From: an uncultured Fibrobacteraceae bacterium
Lineage (GTDB): Bacteria > Krumholzibacteriota > Krumholzibacteriia > LZORAL124-64-63
Direction of reading: 5' to 3'
Length of the DNA stretch: 64,000 nucleotides
NCBI GenBank assembly: GCA_964476155.1
Contig: CAYYYS010000012.1
Span: 6,475 to 70,474 of the forward strand
The notes beneath the pieces are model-generated. The model saw only the letters and a list, made by a program, of their open reading frames with translations. It did not search any database and was not told the DNA's origin. The position numbers were made by a program, and so were the translations under genes. Positions 17,336-26,924 of the stretch are shown piece by piece (within the stretch, counting starts at the first letter, position 1; every line of letters begins with the position of its first letter).

Positions 17336-18565
17336 ATGCTCAACAAGATCTGGTCCGGTTTCTTCTTCATCGCCCTGCTCGCCGCCCTGATCCAGGCCAT
17401 CTTCCTGGGCAACCCCGGCGTCTTCGGCGACATGGTCGGCGCCACCTTCGACCTGGCCCGCACCGCCTTCGAGATCGCTCTCGGCCTCACGGGCGTCATG
17501 TGTCTGTGGCTCGGCTTCATGAAGCTGGGCGAAAAAGGCGGCGCCGTAGACCTGCTCACGCGCCTCTTCGCCCCCCTCTTCCGCCGTCTCTTCCCGTCGG
17601 TGCCCGACGGCCACCCCGCCCAGGGTGCCGTCACCATGAACATGGCCGCCAACATGCTGGGGCTCGACAACGCCGCCACCCCACTCGGCCTCAAGGCCAT
17701 GCGCGAGCTGCAGACCCTCAACCCCAGCGACGACACCGCCAGCAACGACCAGATCCTCTTCCTGGTGATCAATACCTCCGCGGTGACCATCCTGCCGGTC
17801 ACCATCTTCACCTACCGCGCCCAGATGGGCGCCGCCGATCCGACCGACGTGTTCCTGCCCATTCTCATCGCCACCTTCTGCAGCACCCTGGCCGGCCTGC
17901 TGGTGACCGGACTGGTCCAGCGCCGCCGCCTGCACGACCCGGTGATCCTGGGCTACCTGGGCGCCATGACCGCGGTGGTTGCCGGGCTGGTGGCCTACTT
18001 CGCCGGCCTCGAACGCGAGGCCGTGCAGACCCAGTCGGCCCTGCTGGCCAACATGCTGATCTTCCTGGTGATCGTGGGATTCGTGGGCGGGGCGGTCCGG
18101 CGCCGCGTGCCGGTCTTCGAAACCTTCGTCGACGGGGCCAAGGAAGGGTTCGGCGTGGCCGTGGGGATCATCCCCTACCTGGTGGCCATGTTGGTGGCCA
18201 TCGGCGTGTTCCGCGCCAGCGGTGCGCTCGACCTGCTGCTGGACGGGGTGCGTCACGGCGCCGCGGCGGTCGGCCTGGACGCGCGCTGGGTCGACGGACT
18301 GCCCACCGCGCTGATGAAACCCCTGTCGGGCAGCGGCGCGCGCGGCATGCTGATCGAGACCATGGAGATCCACGGCGCGGACTCGTTCGCGGGCCGCCTC
18401 GCCAGCGTGGTGCAAGGCAGCACCGAGACCACCTTCTACGTGCTGGCCGTGTACTTCGGCAGCGTCGGCATCCGGCGCACGCGCCACGCCCTGGCCTGCG
18501 GGCTGGCGGCGGACGCGACGGGGATCCTGGCGGCGGTCTTCGTCACCTACCTCTTCTTCGGATAG
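17336..18565 (+). CDS. Nucleoside recognition (Gate) domain membrane protein, fused SpmA/SpmB-like
   Basis: RBS GGGAGG before ATG at 17336. Two Gate-domain halves (...NMLGLDNAATPLGLKAM... and ...MKPLSGSGARGMLIETM...) and 409 aa are typical of the spore-maturation-protein A/B family in non-sporulators. Confidence 0.85.
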   Translation: MLNKIWSGFFFIALLAALIQAIFLGNPGVFGDMVGATFDLARTAFEIALGLTGVMCLWLGFMKLGEKGGAVDLLTRLFAPLFRRLFPSVPDGHPAQGAVTMNMAANMLGLDNAATPLGLKAMRELQTLNPSDDTASNDQILFLVINTSAVTILPVTIFTYRAQMGAADPTDVFLPILIATFCSTLAGLLVTGLVQRRRLHDPVILGYLGAMTAVVAGLVAYFAGLEREAVQTQSALLANMLIFLVIVGFVGGAVRRRVPVFETFVDGAKEGFGVAVGIIPYLVAMLVAIGVFRASGALDLLLDGVRHGAAAVGLDARWVDGLPTALMKPLSGSGARGMLIETMEIHGADSFAGRLASVVQGSTETTFYVLAVYFGSVGIRRTRHALACGLAADATGILAAVFVTYLFFG

Positions 18566-18574
18566 GATTACGGC

Positions 18575-19090
18575 ATGGCTATCGAGCGTCCCGATCCGGC
18601 GACCTACGCCCGGTATTTCCAGCAGTATGTCGACCAGGTGCCCGAAGGGGATCTGCTGTTCACGCTCACCAGCCAGGTCGAAGCCACCTGCGCCCTGGTC
18701 GCGGGGTTCGGCGAGGAGGGGGCGCTGCATCGCTATGCCGAGGGCAAGTGGAGCGTGAAGGAAGTAGTCGGGCACGTGATCGACATGGAGCGGCTCTTCG
18801 GGTACCGCGCCCTGAGCTATGCGCGAGGAGATACGACGCCCCTGCCAAACGTCGAAGAGGACGAGTGGGCCGCCGCGTCCAACGCGAACACTCTCTCCCT
18901 GGCCGACCTGTTGGACGAACTGCTGTCGGTGCGTCGCGCCACGGTTGCTTTCTTCGCCAACCTGGACGCGGCGGCCTTGTCGCGGAATGGGATCGCCGGG
19001 GAGAACAAGTTGACCGTGGCCTGCATGGCCTGGGTTTTGGCGGGGCATGAGATTCATCATGGGGGGGTTGTTCGGGAGCGGTATAAATAG
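18575..19090 (+). CDS. DinB/YfiT-like (DinB_2) metal-dependent hydrolase superfamily protein
   Basis: 171 aa with conserved His residues (HVIDMER ... GHEIHHGG) in the characteristic four-helix-bundle spacing. Confidence 0.75.
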   Translation: MAIERPDPATYARYFQQYVDQVPEGDLLFTLTSQVEATCALVAGFGEEGALHRYAEGKWSVKEVVGHVIDMERLFGYRALSYARGDTTPLPNVEEDEWAAASNANTLSLADLLDELLSVRRATVAFFANLDAAALSRNGIAGENKLTVACMAWVLAGHEIHHGGVVRERYK

Positions 19091-19351
19091 CGTTGGGCAC
19101 ATGAAGAAAAGAACCACAAGGTTGAATCTGGTAGCTGTAAACTGGTGTATATTTTGAGGCCGCGTTTGGAGATGTCGGTGGTCATATGTCTTCCCGCCAC
19201 CTGTCTCCCTCCTTGGATTTCAGGCTGGATCCTTGGCTAAGTGTGAATTGTCGATCCCGGCGTATCCAAGACATAACATGTTGGTATATACCACATTGCC
19301 TCGTTTACCACCAAGCTTCAAGGCCTCAACGACCTAGTTGTCTTGGATAAA

Positions 19352-21018
19352 TCATATCCCGTCGGGAAGATCCCACTCCGGAACTGATCGTGATCCCCTG
19401 TTCTTGAGTAGACCGTCACGGCGAAGTGCCTGTAACAGGTTCTTCACCTTGTACTTCTTCTGCTCCATCGTGAGATGATCGGGCAGTTTCGACAACAAAG
19501 CATCATCGACATCGCGTCGGCCGACTGGCCCATGCTCCCTCACCAACTCCATGATCACGTCCAAGTAGTACTGCCGATCAAAACCTCGTTCACGAATATG
19601 CCGGCCCGCACCACCAGCCGCCTTGGCCACTTCCGCCGCTACAAAGAGGTTTGGGTACCGCCCCTCCACCAACCCCGCTTTCTTTAGCTTTCGATGCTCG
19701 TCCTTGGAAACCCGCACCTTCTTCTGCACCCTGTCCAAGAGCATGACATCAGCCAGATCTAGATCTGTTTGGGCCATCAGGAGCCGGCAGTACTTTTCGT
19801 CGAGGATCTCTCCCCGAATAGTCACAGACACTCTGTCTGCCACCGAGAGGTCATAGTCGGGTAGCGGAAAAACCGCTCCCTCTGGTGGACATACATCTTC
19901 CTGATGCCACCACCCTGAGTGTCGATCATGTTGAGGTTCACCATGGCCTCGGCCAGGAATGGATTCCGATAGGTTTCCTGGGGCGCATCCTGGCGAATAA
20001 CTGACTCCACATCCCCCGGCAGGAAGTCGCCAGCGTTTCTGAACAATACGCGATCGGGCGTTTCCGCGATGTTGATCCGCCCCCTCAGGCCATAATCCTG
20101 ATGCGCGATACAGTTATGCAACGCCTCGCGCAAAACCCATGGCTCGTACTGGGTGAACTCCCTTGGAAACAAAGTGCCGCTGGGTAGCGCCCGCAACGTC
20201 AGGTTCCGAATCTTCCCGGTAACACGGTCGACCTGTAATAGGAACGGCGGGAAGAAGTGCTCGTAGTCGAGATCCAGGTTCTTGCCATCCCTTAGAGTCC
20301 AAGTAATCTTCGCCACGGCCGGAGACAACAGCGTCGAAGATTCGTTCTTGCCGAGCAGAAGCATGGCTGTGTTCGTCACCCGACCGTTAATCGTGAGCTT
20401 GGATTTGTTCAGGAAGACTTCGTCGTCCCAACCGTCGATGTCCTCGCTCTGAGTCGGGTGCTTGATCCTGAACTGCTCACGAGCCTCGGCGATTGCGCTT
20501 GAGTCGAGATGTTCGAGATCAGCTTGCTCGCAGATGTCAGCTGACCAGTCATGGCCACTCGTCAGGATGGCTCTGAGGACTTCGGGGTGGTTGCGCAGGT
20601 TCGTTTTGCAGGAGCCTATGCGGGCGAAGGCCTCACTCTTGAAGTAGACGGGGCGACCTTGCGCTGCTCGGACGGTGAATACGACAACTCGGCCGTCAGG
20701 GTGATCCACGATTTCGACGTTGAAGCCTGGATTCGGATCGAGGCTCGTATTCAACCAGATCAGGAGGTCTTGATTGCCCACGGCCTTGACATTGTAGGGA
20801 TCGAAAACCGAGCCCACAACTTCGTGTGTTCCGTCGTGGATTCCGAAAACGAGGTAACCTTGGGGTTTGCACTTCCACGCGGCTGTGTTAGAGAGCGCAG
20901 ACAGATATTCGCCCAGCTCTTGGGGCTGATATCGGTTCGCCTTGAACTCGAACCATTCGCGCTCGGCGGGCTCAGCACGGAGGCGATCGATGAGGTCGAT
21001 GAGTTGCTGATGGGTCAT
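19352..21018 (-). pseudogene. AlbA_2 (Schlafen-like) + HATPase_c_4 'divergent AAA/RecG-C-terminal' putative transcriptional regulator, split by a 1-nt frameshift
   Basis: ORF 19822..21018 (398 aa; ...HNCIAHQDY...GGGIRKM...) and ORF 19352..19843 (163 aa; winged-helix C-terminus) overlap by 22 nt. The -1 frame gives a seamless ...QRERFFPLPDYDLSVADRVSVTIRGEIL... junction at a T5/A5 run (19868..19872). Sum is about 560 aa, the family's normal length. Confidence 0.7.
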
Positions 21019-21067
21019 GGTCGCCTCCTTTTCCGACTTTGTTTCAGTGTCGCAGATATTCTGATCA

Positions 21068-23116
21068 TCAACGAACCAAAACCGCCTTCATGGTATCGGA
21101 CACTCCCCGATTTCCCCTCACCCGCACGAAATACACACCTGACGGCACATCGCGCCCACGCGCACCTCGTCCATCCCACTTTACCGTGTGAATTCCCGGC
21201 TCGACCAATCCAAGCAAGACGGTCTTGATGAGCCGGCCGGCGACATCGTGGATCTCGAGGATCATCTTATCGGGAACCTGGCTTGTGAAGGCGATTTCGA
21301 TCGACGGGTTAAAGGGGTTGGGAGCCAGGGAATTGATCTCGTGTAGACGAGGGGATGAGATCGCGTGGGGCTCCGGGTCGTTGACTGCGGTCAAAGGGTC
21401 GCGGGTTAGGCCGAGGTTGAGATCAAAACCGGCTTCGACGGATATGAAATGCCAGTTCGCGGGCGGGGACGTATTAACCGCCATGTACATATCTCCCCCC
21501 CAGGCCAATCCTGTGCCGTCGCTCTTGACGGCCAGACTGTGACTCAGCCCCGCTGAGATCGCCACGAAATCGGTATTGGGCTCAGGCACGTCACATTGTC
21601 CAAAATCGTTCCACCCCCAGGCCTCTATCGAGCCGTCCGATCGCAGCGCCAGACTGTGCCCCCCTGCTGCAATTGCCATGTAGCCGGAATTGGGTAAGGG
21701 CACTTCGGCTTGACTATTTTCATGACCCCAAGCCGTGATCGATCCATCGGATTTTAGAGCCATGGCAGTCCCACAGCTTATCGAAATAGCAACAAAATCG
21801 GCATTCGGATCGGGAAGCTCCGACAACGAATGGTTTCCCGGCCCCCATGTCACGATCGTCCCGTCGGATTTCAATCCCACGCTCCAGAAACACGAAGCCT
21901 CAACTGCCACAAAACCCGCATTGGGTTCGGGAATCGTGCCCAAATCTGCGCCTTCTTCCCCCCATGTCACGACCGACCCGTCGGATTTCAGCGCGATGGT
22001 ATGCTCCTCACCCTCGGCGATGGACACGAAGTCGGCGTTCGGCTCTGGGATTTCACACCGGTTGAAATCGCACTCCTCCCCCCAGGACAGGATCGTGCCA
22101 TCAGACTTGAGAACGAAGTAGCGATAGAATCCCGCAGCGATCTCGACGATGTCAGTACTGAGCGGGGGTGCGAGATGCTGACAATTCCATGATTCCCCTC
22201 CCCACCCCATCACGGCGCCGTCGGATTTGATCCCGGCACTGTTCTGGTAACCGGCTGCGATCGTTACAAAATCCGCGTTCGGCTCGGGGACATCACACTG
22301 GCCGAAGTCGTTGCTCCCCCAGACCACGATCGTGCCATCGGACTTGAGTCCCATGCTGTGAAAGGTATACGCGGCGATCTTCACGAAATCCGTGTTCGGT
22401 TCGGGGATGTCACACTGGCCGTATCCATTCCACCCCCAGGCTACGATCGTGCCGTCGGACTTCAGACCGAGGCTATGGGCGCCACCCGAGGCGATGGCGA
22501 TGAAATCAATATTGGGCTCGGGGACATCACCTTGGCCGTATCCATTCCATCCCCAGGTCACGATCGAGCCGTCGGGCCTCAGACCCAGGTTGGAGGAACC
22601 GCAGGCCGAGAAAGCCGTGAAGCCCAAGTTCGGTTCGGGAATGTCGAGTCGCCCATATGTGCTATCGCCCCAGGCGACGATCGAACCGTCTGTTTTGAGC
22701 GCAAGAATGTGTTTGTAGCCGGCGTCGATATCGACGAAGCCGGTGTTCGGTTCGGGAACATCACTCACGTCGATGACTATGCTGTTGGTCCAGACCTCGA
22801 TCGAACCGTTCGTTTTCAAGCCGGCGCTGAAACGTTGACCCGCCGCGACTGCCGAATAACCAACGGCCGGGATCGGCAGATCGCACTGGACATCAGAGTT
22901 CGCGCCCCAGGCCACGATCGAACCATCGGAATTCAAGGCGATGGAGTGACCCTCGCCCATATCGATGTCGACGGGATGGGTGAAGAGTGTGGCATCCGCG
23001 ATGATGAAACGCGGCCATGCCACAAGGGAGCCGTTCTCCTGACCGAGAGCAAGGTTACCGACGATAAAAAACAGGCACAGAGTCAGTGAAGATATAGACA
23101 ATACGGATCGCCTCAT
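21068..23116 (-). CDS. Secreted RCC1 (regulator of chromosome condensation)-repeat beta-propeller protein with C-terminal T9SS/FlgD-Ig-like sorting domain
   Basis: Signal peptide MRRSVLSISSLTLCLFFIVGNLALG. About 10 repeats of ...SDGSIVAWGWNGYGQCDIPEPN.... CTD ...LAPNPFNPSIEIAFTS...IHDVAGRLIKTV...GVYFVRVRGNRG...KAVLVR. Confidence 0.85.
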   Translation of the reverse strand: MRRSVLSISSLTLCLFFIVGNLALGQENGSLVAWPRFIIADATLFTHPVDIDMGEGHSIALNSDGSIVAWGANSDVQCDLPIPAVGYSAVAAGQRFSAGLKTNGSIEVWTNSIVIDVSDVPEPNTGFVDIDAGYKHILALKTDGSIVAWGDSTYGRLDIPEPNLGFTAFSACGSSNLGLRPDGSIVTWGWNGYGQGDVPEPNIDFIAIASGGAHSLGLKSDGTIVAWGWNGYGQCDIPEPNTDFVKIAAYTFHSMGLKSDGTIVVWGSNDFGQCDVPEPNADFVTIAAGYQNSAGIKSDGAVMGWGGESWNCQHLAPPLSTDIVEIAAGFYRYFVLKSDGTILSWGEECDFNRCEIPEPNADFVSIAEGEEHTIALKSDGSVVTWGEEGADLGTIPEPNAGFVAVEASCFWSVGLKSDGTIVTWGPGNHSLSELPDPNADFVAISISCGTAMALKSDGSITAWGHENSQAEVPLPNSGYMAIAAGGHSLALRSDGSIEAWGWNDFGQCDVPEPNTDFVAISAGLSHSLAVKSDGTGLAWGGDMYMAVNTSPPANWHFISVEAGFDLNLGLTRDPLTAVNDPEPHAISSPRLHEINSLAPNPFNPSIEIAFTSQVPDKMILEIHDVAGRLIKTVLLGLVEPGIHTVKWDGRGARGRDVPSGVYFVRVRGNRGVSDTMKAVLVR

Positions 23117-23198
23117 GGAACTCCCTTTCCGTGGCGGTAATATTGCATCGATTTATATGAGATTACATTATCTGCCCTTTCCGTGAAATGGCCTAATA

Positions 23199-23228
23199 CA
23201 AAAACCCCACCTCCAAAGAGGCGGGGCA
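23199..23228 (-). terminator. Rho-independent terminator downstream of the lipoprotein gene 23250..24539
   Basis: Minus-strand hairpin ccccgcctc-tttg-gaggtgggg followed by TTTTT (plus 23200-23204 aaaaa). Confidence 0.55.
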
Positions 23229-23249
23229 CTTTACACGTGTAAAACCGAA

Positions 23250-24539
23250 CTAATCCCGCGGCTTGTCCGGCGGAAAAATCCCGAACCCCACCTGCGTCAT
23301 CGTCCCATCGAACCCGATCAGGTTCAGCATCAGCACCCCTGGTCCATAGAGGCGCATGTACTCACCCCACAGCGGCATCAGATCGAAGACGAATTCGTCC
23401 TCGAACCATGCGTCGCAATCCTCCTCGACCTCGTGCACCAGCACCACATTGATCTGCGGCGGATCTGATTCCATGAATCCGCCGCTCGCATAGAGCGTGA
23501 ACGGCTGGTCCGGCTGGCAGCCCGAGAATCCAACGTGCATCCTCAGATGATGCTCGCCCTCGATCTCGGCGCCGATCAGCACCCAATGGCCGAAGTGCAG
23601 TTCTTCCGGCGGCAAGGGAGTGAACAGGATTTCCGTGTTCTGGGGAGGCCCGGCAGAGCACAGACCGAAGTGGGCCTCGTCGAAACCGTGGGGCAAACCG
23701 TCGGGACCCGGCGTCAACAACACGTCCAGGGGGTTGGGCGTGGTGAAACAGGGGTCCAGGGGCGGCATCCAGGCCCGGTTGCACTGAAGCCGATAGAGAC
23801 CGGCGGTCTCGACCGGCAGGGCCCAATGGCCGTCGGGATCAGTAGCGAGATGGACGACATCGCCGTCGGGTAGCGAGACCGCGATGAAGGCGGGGCCCAT
23901 GGGCGGTTCGGTCGGTTCAGGCCAACCGTTATTGTTCTCGTCCACGAAACAACGGCCGGCGATGCGCGGCCGGTCGGGCTCGGTGCCGAACTCGGCCCAG
24001 CCTTGGAAGGAGAATGACCCCAGGCCGGGATCATGGAAGATCCAGGTCTTGGCGGTCGACGTCTCCCCGTACTCCAGGATGTCGTCGTCGCCCATCAGGT
24101 CCGAGTAGTCGAAACCGAAACGCACGAAGTGGACGAAGGTGTCCTGCTTCCCTTCGGCGGGCGGAACGATGGCATAATCCGCGTTGATCAGACTCACGGT
24201 TTCCGGTACGAAGCGCTCCACCCAGACCACGGCCGGTGCGTATAGCGGATAGGGATGCTGGCTGCGGATGGCCACATCCAGGCTGACCTGCTCGTTGGTC
24301 GGGTCGGCAACCAGGTTGGAGCCGATCAACTCTATCACGGCGGCAGGGCCATCCCAGGGCGGCGGCATCTGCAAGGTTTTCAGGACAAAAGTGCCGTCGG
24401 CGGGATCCATGTCGCCCTCTGCGCCGACGCGCGCCAGGGTGCCATCGTCACCGGACGGAGCTGTGGAGTCGGAACAGCCGGATAGCGCTAAAATCGACAG
24501 CAGCCCCAGAAGGAGCAGGGCGCGAAAAGGTCGCAACAT
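23250..24539 (-). CDS. Hypothetical lipoprotein
   Basis: Lipobox MLRPFRALLLLGLLSILALSGC. 429 aa with no recognisable domain. Co-directional with, and 128 nt downstream of, the PorV-like OMP gene. Confidence 0.75.
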   Translation of the reverse strand: MLRPFRALLLLGLLSILALSGCSDSTAPSGDDGTLARVGAEGDMDPADGTFVLKTLQMPPPWDGPAAVIELIGSNLVADPTNEQVSLDVAIRSQHPYPLYAPAVVWVERFVPETVSLINADYAIVPPAEGKQDTFVHFVRFGFDYSDLMGDDDILEYGETSTAKTWIFHDPGLGSFSFQGWAEFGTEPDRPRIAGRCFVDENNNGWPEPTEPPMGPAFIAVSLPDGDVVHLATDPDGHWALPVETAGLYRLQCNRAWMPPLDPCFTTPNPLDVLLTPGPDGLPHGFDEAHFGLCSAGPPQNTEILFTPLPPEELHFGHWVLIGAEIEGEHHLRMHVGFSGCQPDQPFTLYASGGFMESDPPQINVVLVHEVEEDCDAWFEDEFVFDLMPLWGEYMRLYGPGVLMLNLIGFDGTMTQVGFGIFPPDKPRD

Positions 24540-24666
24540 CGCATGACCTCCGAAGGAGATGTGGGGTACATATGGGCGGGGTGGCGACGACCGGCCCTTA
24601 AAAAGAGCCTAGCCCACACAGAATATCACAGGCAGGGCGGGAATACCACCGAGCCGGAAGCCGGAA

Positions 24667-25749
24667 TCAGAAATCGAGCGAGACTGCAGCACTGTAACGA
24701 TCGAGGCGTTTCTTGACGATCGGGTCACTGCTCTTCAGATCTGGGTCGTACGGTACGCTGGCCCAGTCGGCGCGGACCCCGAAGCGGCCAATCTGTGGGA
24801 AAAGCCGCAAACCGGCTCCATATGTGATGCCATTCTTGACATGGCCTTCGCCCCAATCAACCTGGCCGACCCGACCCGAAACCAGACCGAACATCGTCAA
24901 TTCGGCGCCGTAGCGATTCACGGTCGAGTTTGACCATTCGTTGTCGAGGCGACCCTTTTCCCGGTCGGCGGTGATCAGCCAGCGCAGGCGATGGCCCTGG
25001 CCGTGGTGCCACCCGTGTCGACCTTCCAGCGCGAACCCGGCGCGACCGCGTTGCATAAGGGTGAGGGGGGCGGATTTGGTTTCGATCACCGTCCAGTCGA
25101 TTTCGACCTCGGCCCGATCGGTATTGGTCAGGACACCACCCAGTCGCCAGCCGACCCAACCCCGATGAACGTCGTCGGAGTCGCCCAGGAAGAAACGAGT
25201 GCCGAACATGAAGCCCGCATCCTTGTCAGAGGCTTTGGCAAAGGTCTCGTTTTCCCAGCTGGATTCGAGGGTCTTGAAATTGACGCCCAAGCTGGCGAAG
25301 AGCGTGGTCTCGTCGCCGAAGATCAGCCGCCCCAGATCGATGGCCAGCCCCACGGCGCGTGCGTGAATTCTGAAATCTTCCAATGTGCCCTGATCGAAAG
25401 TGTCGGTCGTAGTATCCCAGGCCAATTCGTTCTGATAAGCCCCAAGACGCAGATAGCCGATTTCAACCGCGGCGCCAAGTGCCGAGAATTTCAGATCATC
25501 GATGAACTGGTCGGCTTGATGGTACCCCACGGCCACCGTATGGCCCTCGAGCTGGGTTGCCGGATTCCAGAAGAGACCCGCCGGGCCTTCCGCCACGGCG
25601 GTGAACGCCATGCCCATCCCCTCGCTGCGGGCATCGGGCGCATAGGCCTGTCCGGTGAATGAGTCCGAGTAGATACGCTCGTACTCGTCCGCACAAGCCG
25701 CGGACACAAGCACCATGGCCATCAAGATCAGAACAACACTCGATTTCAT
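24667..25749 (-). CDS. Outer-membrane beta-barrel protein, PorV/PorQ (LptO)-like T9SS-associated family
   Basis: RBS GGAGAGG before ATG at 25749. Signal peptide MKSSVVLILMAMVLVSAACA. N-terminal ...GMGMAFTAVAEGPAGLFWNPA... resembles the PorV/FadL-like signature. C-terminal ...AAVSLDF ends in Phe, as for OMPs. Confidence 0.6.
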   Translation of the reverse strand: MKSSVVLILMAMVLVSAACADEYERIYSDSFTGQAYAPDARSEGMGMAFTAVAEGPAGLFWNPATQLEGHTVAVGYHQADQFIDDLKFSALGAAVEIGYLRLGAYQNELAWDTTTDTFDQGTLEDFRIHARAVGLAIDLGRLIFGDETTLFASLGVNFKTLESSWENETFAKASDKDAGFMFGTRFFLGDSDDVHRGWVGWRLGGVLTNTDRAEVEIDWTVIETKSAPLTLMQRGRAGFALEGRHGWHHGQGHRLRWLITADREKGRLDNEWSNSTVNRYGAELTMFGLVSGRVGQVDWGEGHVKNGITYGAGLRLFPQIGRFGVRADWASVPYDPDLKSSDPIVKKRLDRYSAAVSLDF

Positions 25750-25926
25750 CGACCTCTCCTGACGATTCATCCAACCATGCGTCGGAAATTCTAATCACTG
25801 GACGGCCGGGGATCAAGTCGGTCCGACCGAGTGCCGAGTAATATGGATGTCTCAGGGGAGTGGGACCTGTATACTCCGGCCCGGTCGACTAATTCCGAAC
25901 GTCACAAGACAAGGGACAGAACCCAC

Positions 25927-26685
25927 ATGACCGACGACATCAAGAAGAAGGAAGCCGAGTACTTCGACGACTACACCGAGTCCCTCGTCCGCGCCCCGCT
26001 GTGGAAATACTATGCCATCAGCCGCCGCAGCAAGGACGACTACCGCCACGCCGAGTTCTCGCGCTGTCCCGGCGCCGAGGTGCTCGACTACGGCTGTGGC
26101 GCGGGCCATCACTCCCTGGAACTGGTCGAGGCGGGGGCTGCGAAAGTGGTCGGTATCGACATCTCGCCGCGGTCTATCGACGTGGCCCGCGAAGGCGCCG
26201 CCAAGGCGGGCGCCGACAACACCGAGTTCCACGCCATGGACGCCGAATCGATGGACTTTCCCGATGACAGCTTCGACCTGATCACCGGCCTGGCCATCCT
26301 CCACCATCTCGATCTCGACGTGGCCGGCCGCGAACTGGCGTGCGTGCTCAAGCCCGGCGGCACGGCCGTCTTCTCCGAACCCCTGGGCCACAACCCGGCG
26401 CTCAACCTCTTTCGCAAAGTCACTCCGTCCATGCGTACCGACGACGAGCATCCCCTGGTGCGCGGCGACGTGAAGATCCTCGAGCGCCATTTCGACCAGG
26501 TCGTGACCCGTTGCTTCCACATGTCCACGCTGCTGGCGGTGCCGGTCTGCAAGTGGCCGCGGATCGCCGAGCCGGTCATCACCATGCTGGACGGACTCGA
26601 CCGCGCCCTCTTCGCGGTGGTCCCGCCCCTGCGCTGGTGGGGTTGGTACGCGACGCTCGAATTCTCCAAACCGCACAAAGCTTGA
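25927..26685 (+). CDS. Class I SAM-dependent methyltransferase (Methyltransf_11/25)
   Basis: VLDYGCGAGHHS (motif I), ...DLITG... and LKPGGTAVFSEP motifs. The internal Met at 25927 is preferred. The upstream 32 aa of the track ORF cannot be excluded. Confidence 0.75.
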   Translation: MTDDIKKKEAEYFDDYTESLVRAPLWKYYAISRRSKDDYRHAEFSRCPGAEVLDYGCGAGHHSLELVEAGAAKVVGIDISPRSIDVAREGAAKAGADNTEFHAMDAESMDFPDDSFDLITGLAILHHLDLDVAGRELACVLKPGGTAVFSEPLGHNPALNLFRKVTPSMRTDDEHPLVRGDVKILERHFDQVVTRCFHMSTLLAVPVCKWPRIAEPVITMLDGLDRALFAVVPPLRWWGWYATLEFSKPHKA

Positions 26686-26747
26686 CCTGGTGGTCCCCAA
26701 GCCTATCTTAGCGCGGCTCGCAACCGAGATGTCACTGGACCGAGAAG

Positions 26748-26843
26748 ATGGACATGAGCCTGAAGATCATCCTGCGCGCCGCGGTATCGATATTCCTGCC
26801 GCTGGCCCTGGCCTTGGCCTCGGCCGCCCTGGCCAACGCCTGA
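26748..26843 (+). CDS. Possible 31-aa hydrophobic micropeptide MDMSLKIILRAAVSIFLPLALALASAALANA
   Basis: Short ORF between the methyltransferase and the bidirectional terminator. Weak RBS. Speculative. Confidence 0.2.
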   Translation: MDMSLKIILRAAVSIFLPLALALASAALANA

Positions 26844-26871
26844 TCGCGTGCGGATTCGCATAGATATATAA

Positions 26872-26910
26872 GACGGGGAAGCCTTGGCAGGCCTCCCCGT
26901 CTTCTTGTCG
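26872..26910. terminator. Bidirectional Rho-independent terminator between 25927..26685(+) and sod(-)
   Basis: Hairpin gacggggaagcc-ttggca-ggcctccccgtc (11/12 bp). T-rich on the plus side (ttcttgtcg) and A/T-rich on the minus side (ttatatat). Confidence 0.5.
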
Positions 26911-26924
26911 AAACCCTGCCGAAA

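Larger units (their letters stand above)
19100..23250. other. Lower-GC (about 52-58% versus about 68% background) putative horizontally acquired island
   Basis: Visible drop in GC and codon GC3 across the AT-rich 250-bp left junction, the AlbA_2-family regulator and the RCC1-repeat gene. It ends near the terminator at 23199..23228. Confidence 0.4.

Noticed and set aside
16655-19117. 820-aa minus-strand ORF, plus overlapping 17500..19050 (+) and 18666..19100 (-) ORFs
   Set aside because: They span two well-supported plus-strand genes (Gate-domain protein, DinB_2). The translations are Arg/Gly/Pro low-complexity.
23230-23244. 15-bp palindrome TTTACACGTGTAAAA repeated at 61170..61184 (inside the HNH gene)
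   Set aside because: A single shared 15-mer is within chance expectation for 64 kb (roughly 20 random 15-mer pairs expected at this base composition). One copy is coding and there is no flanking similarity.
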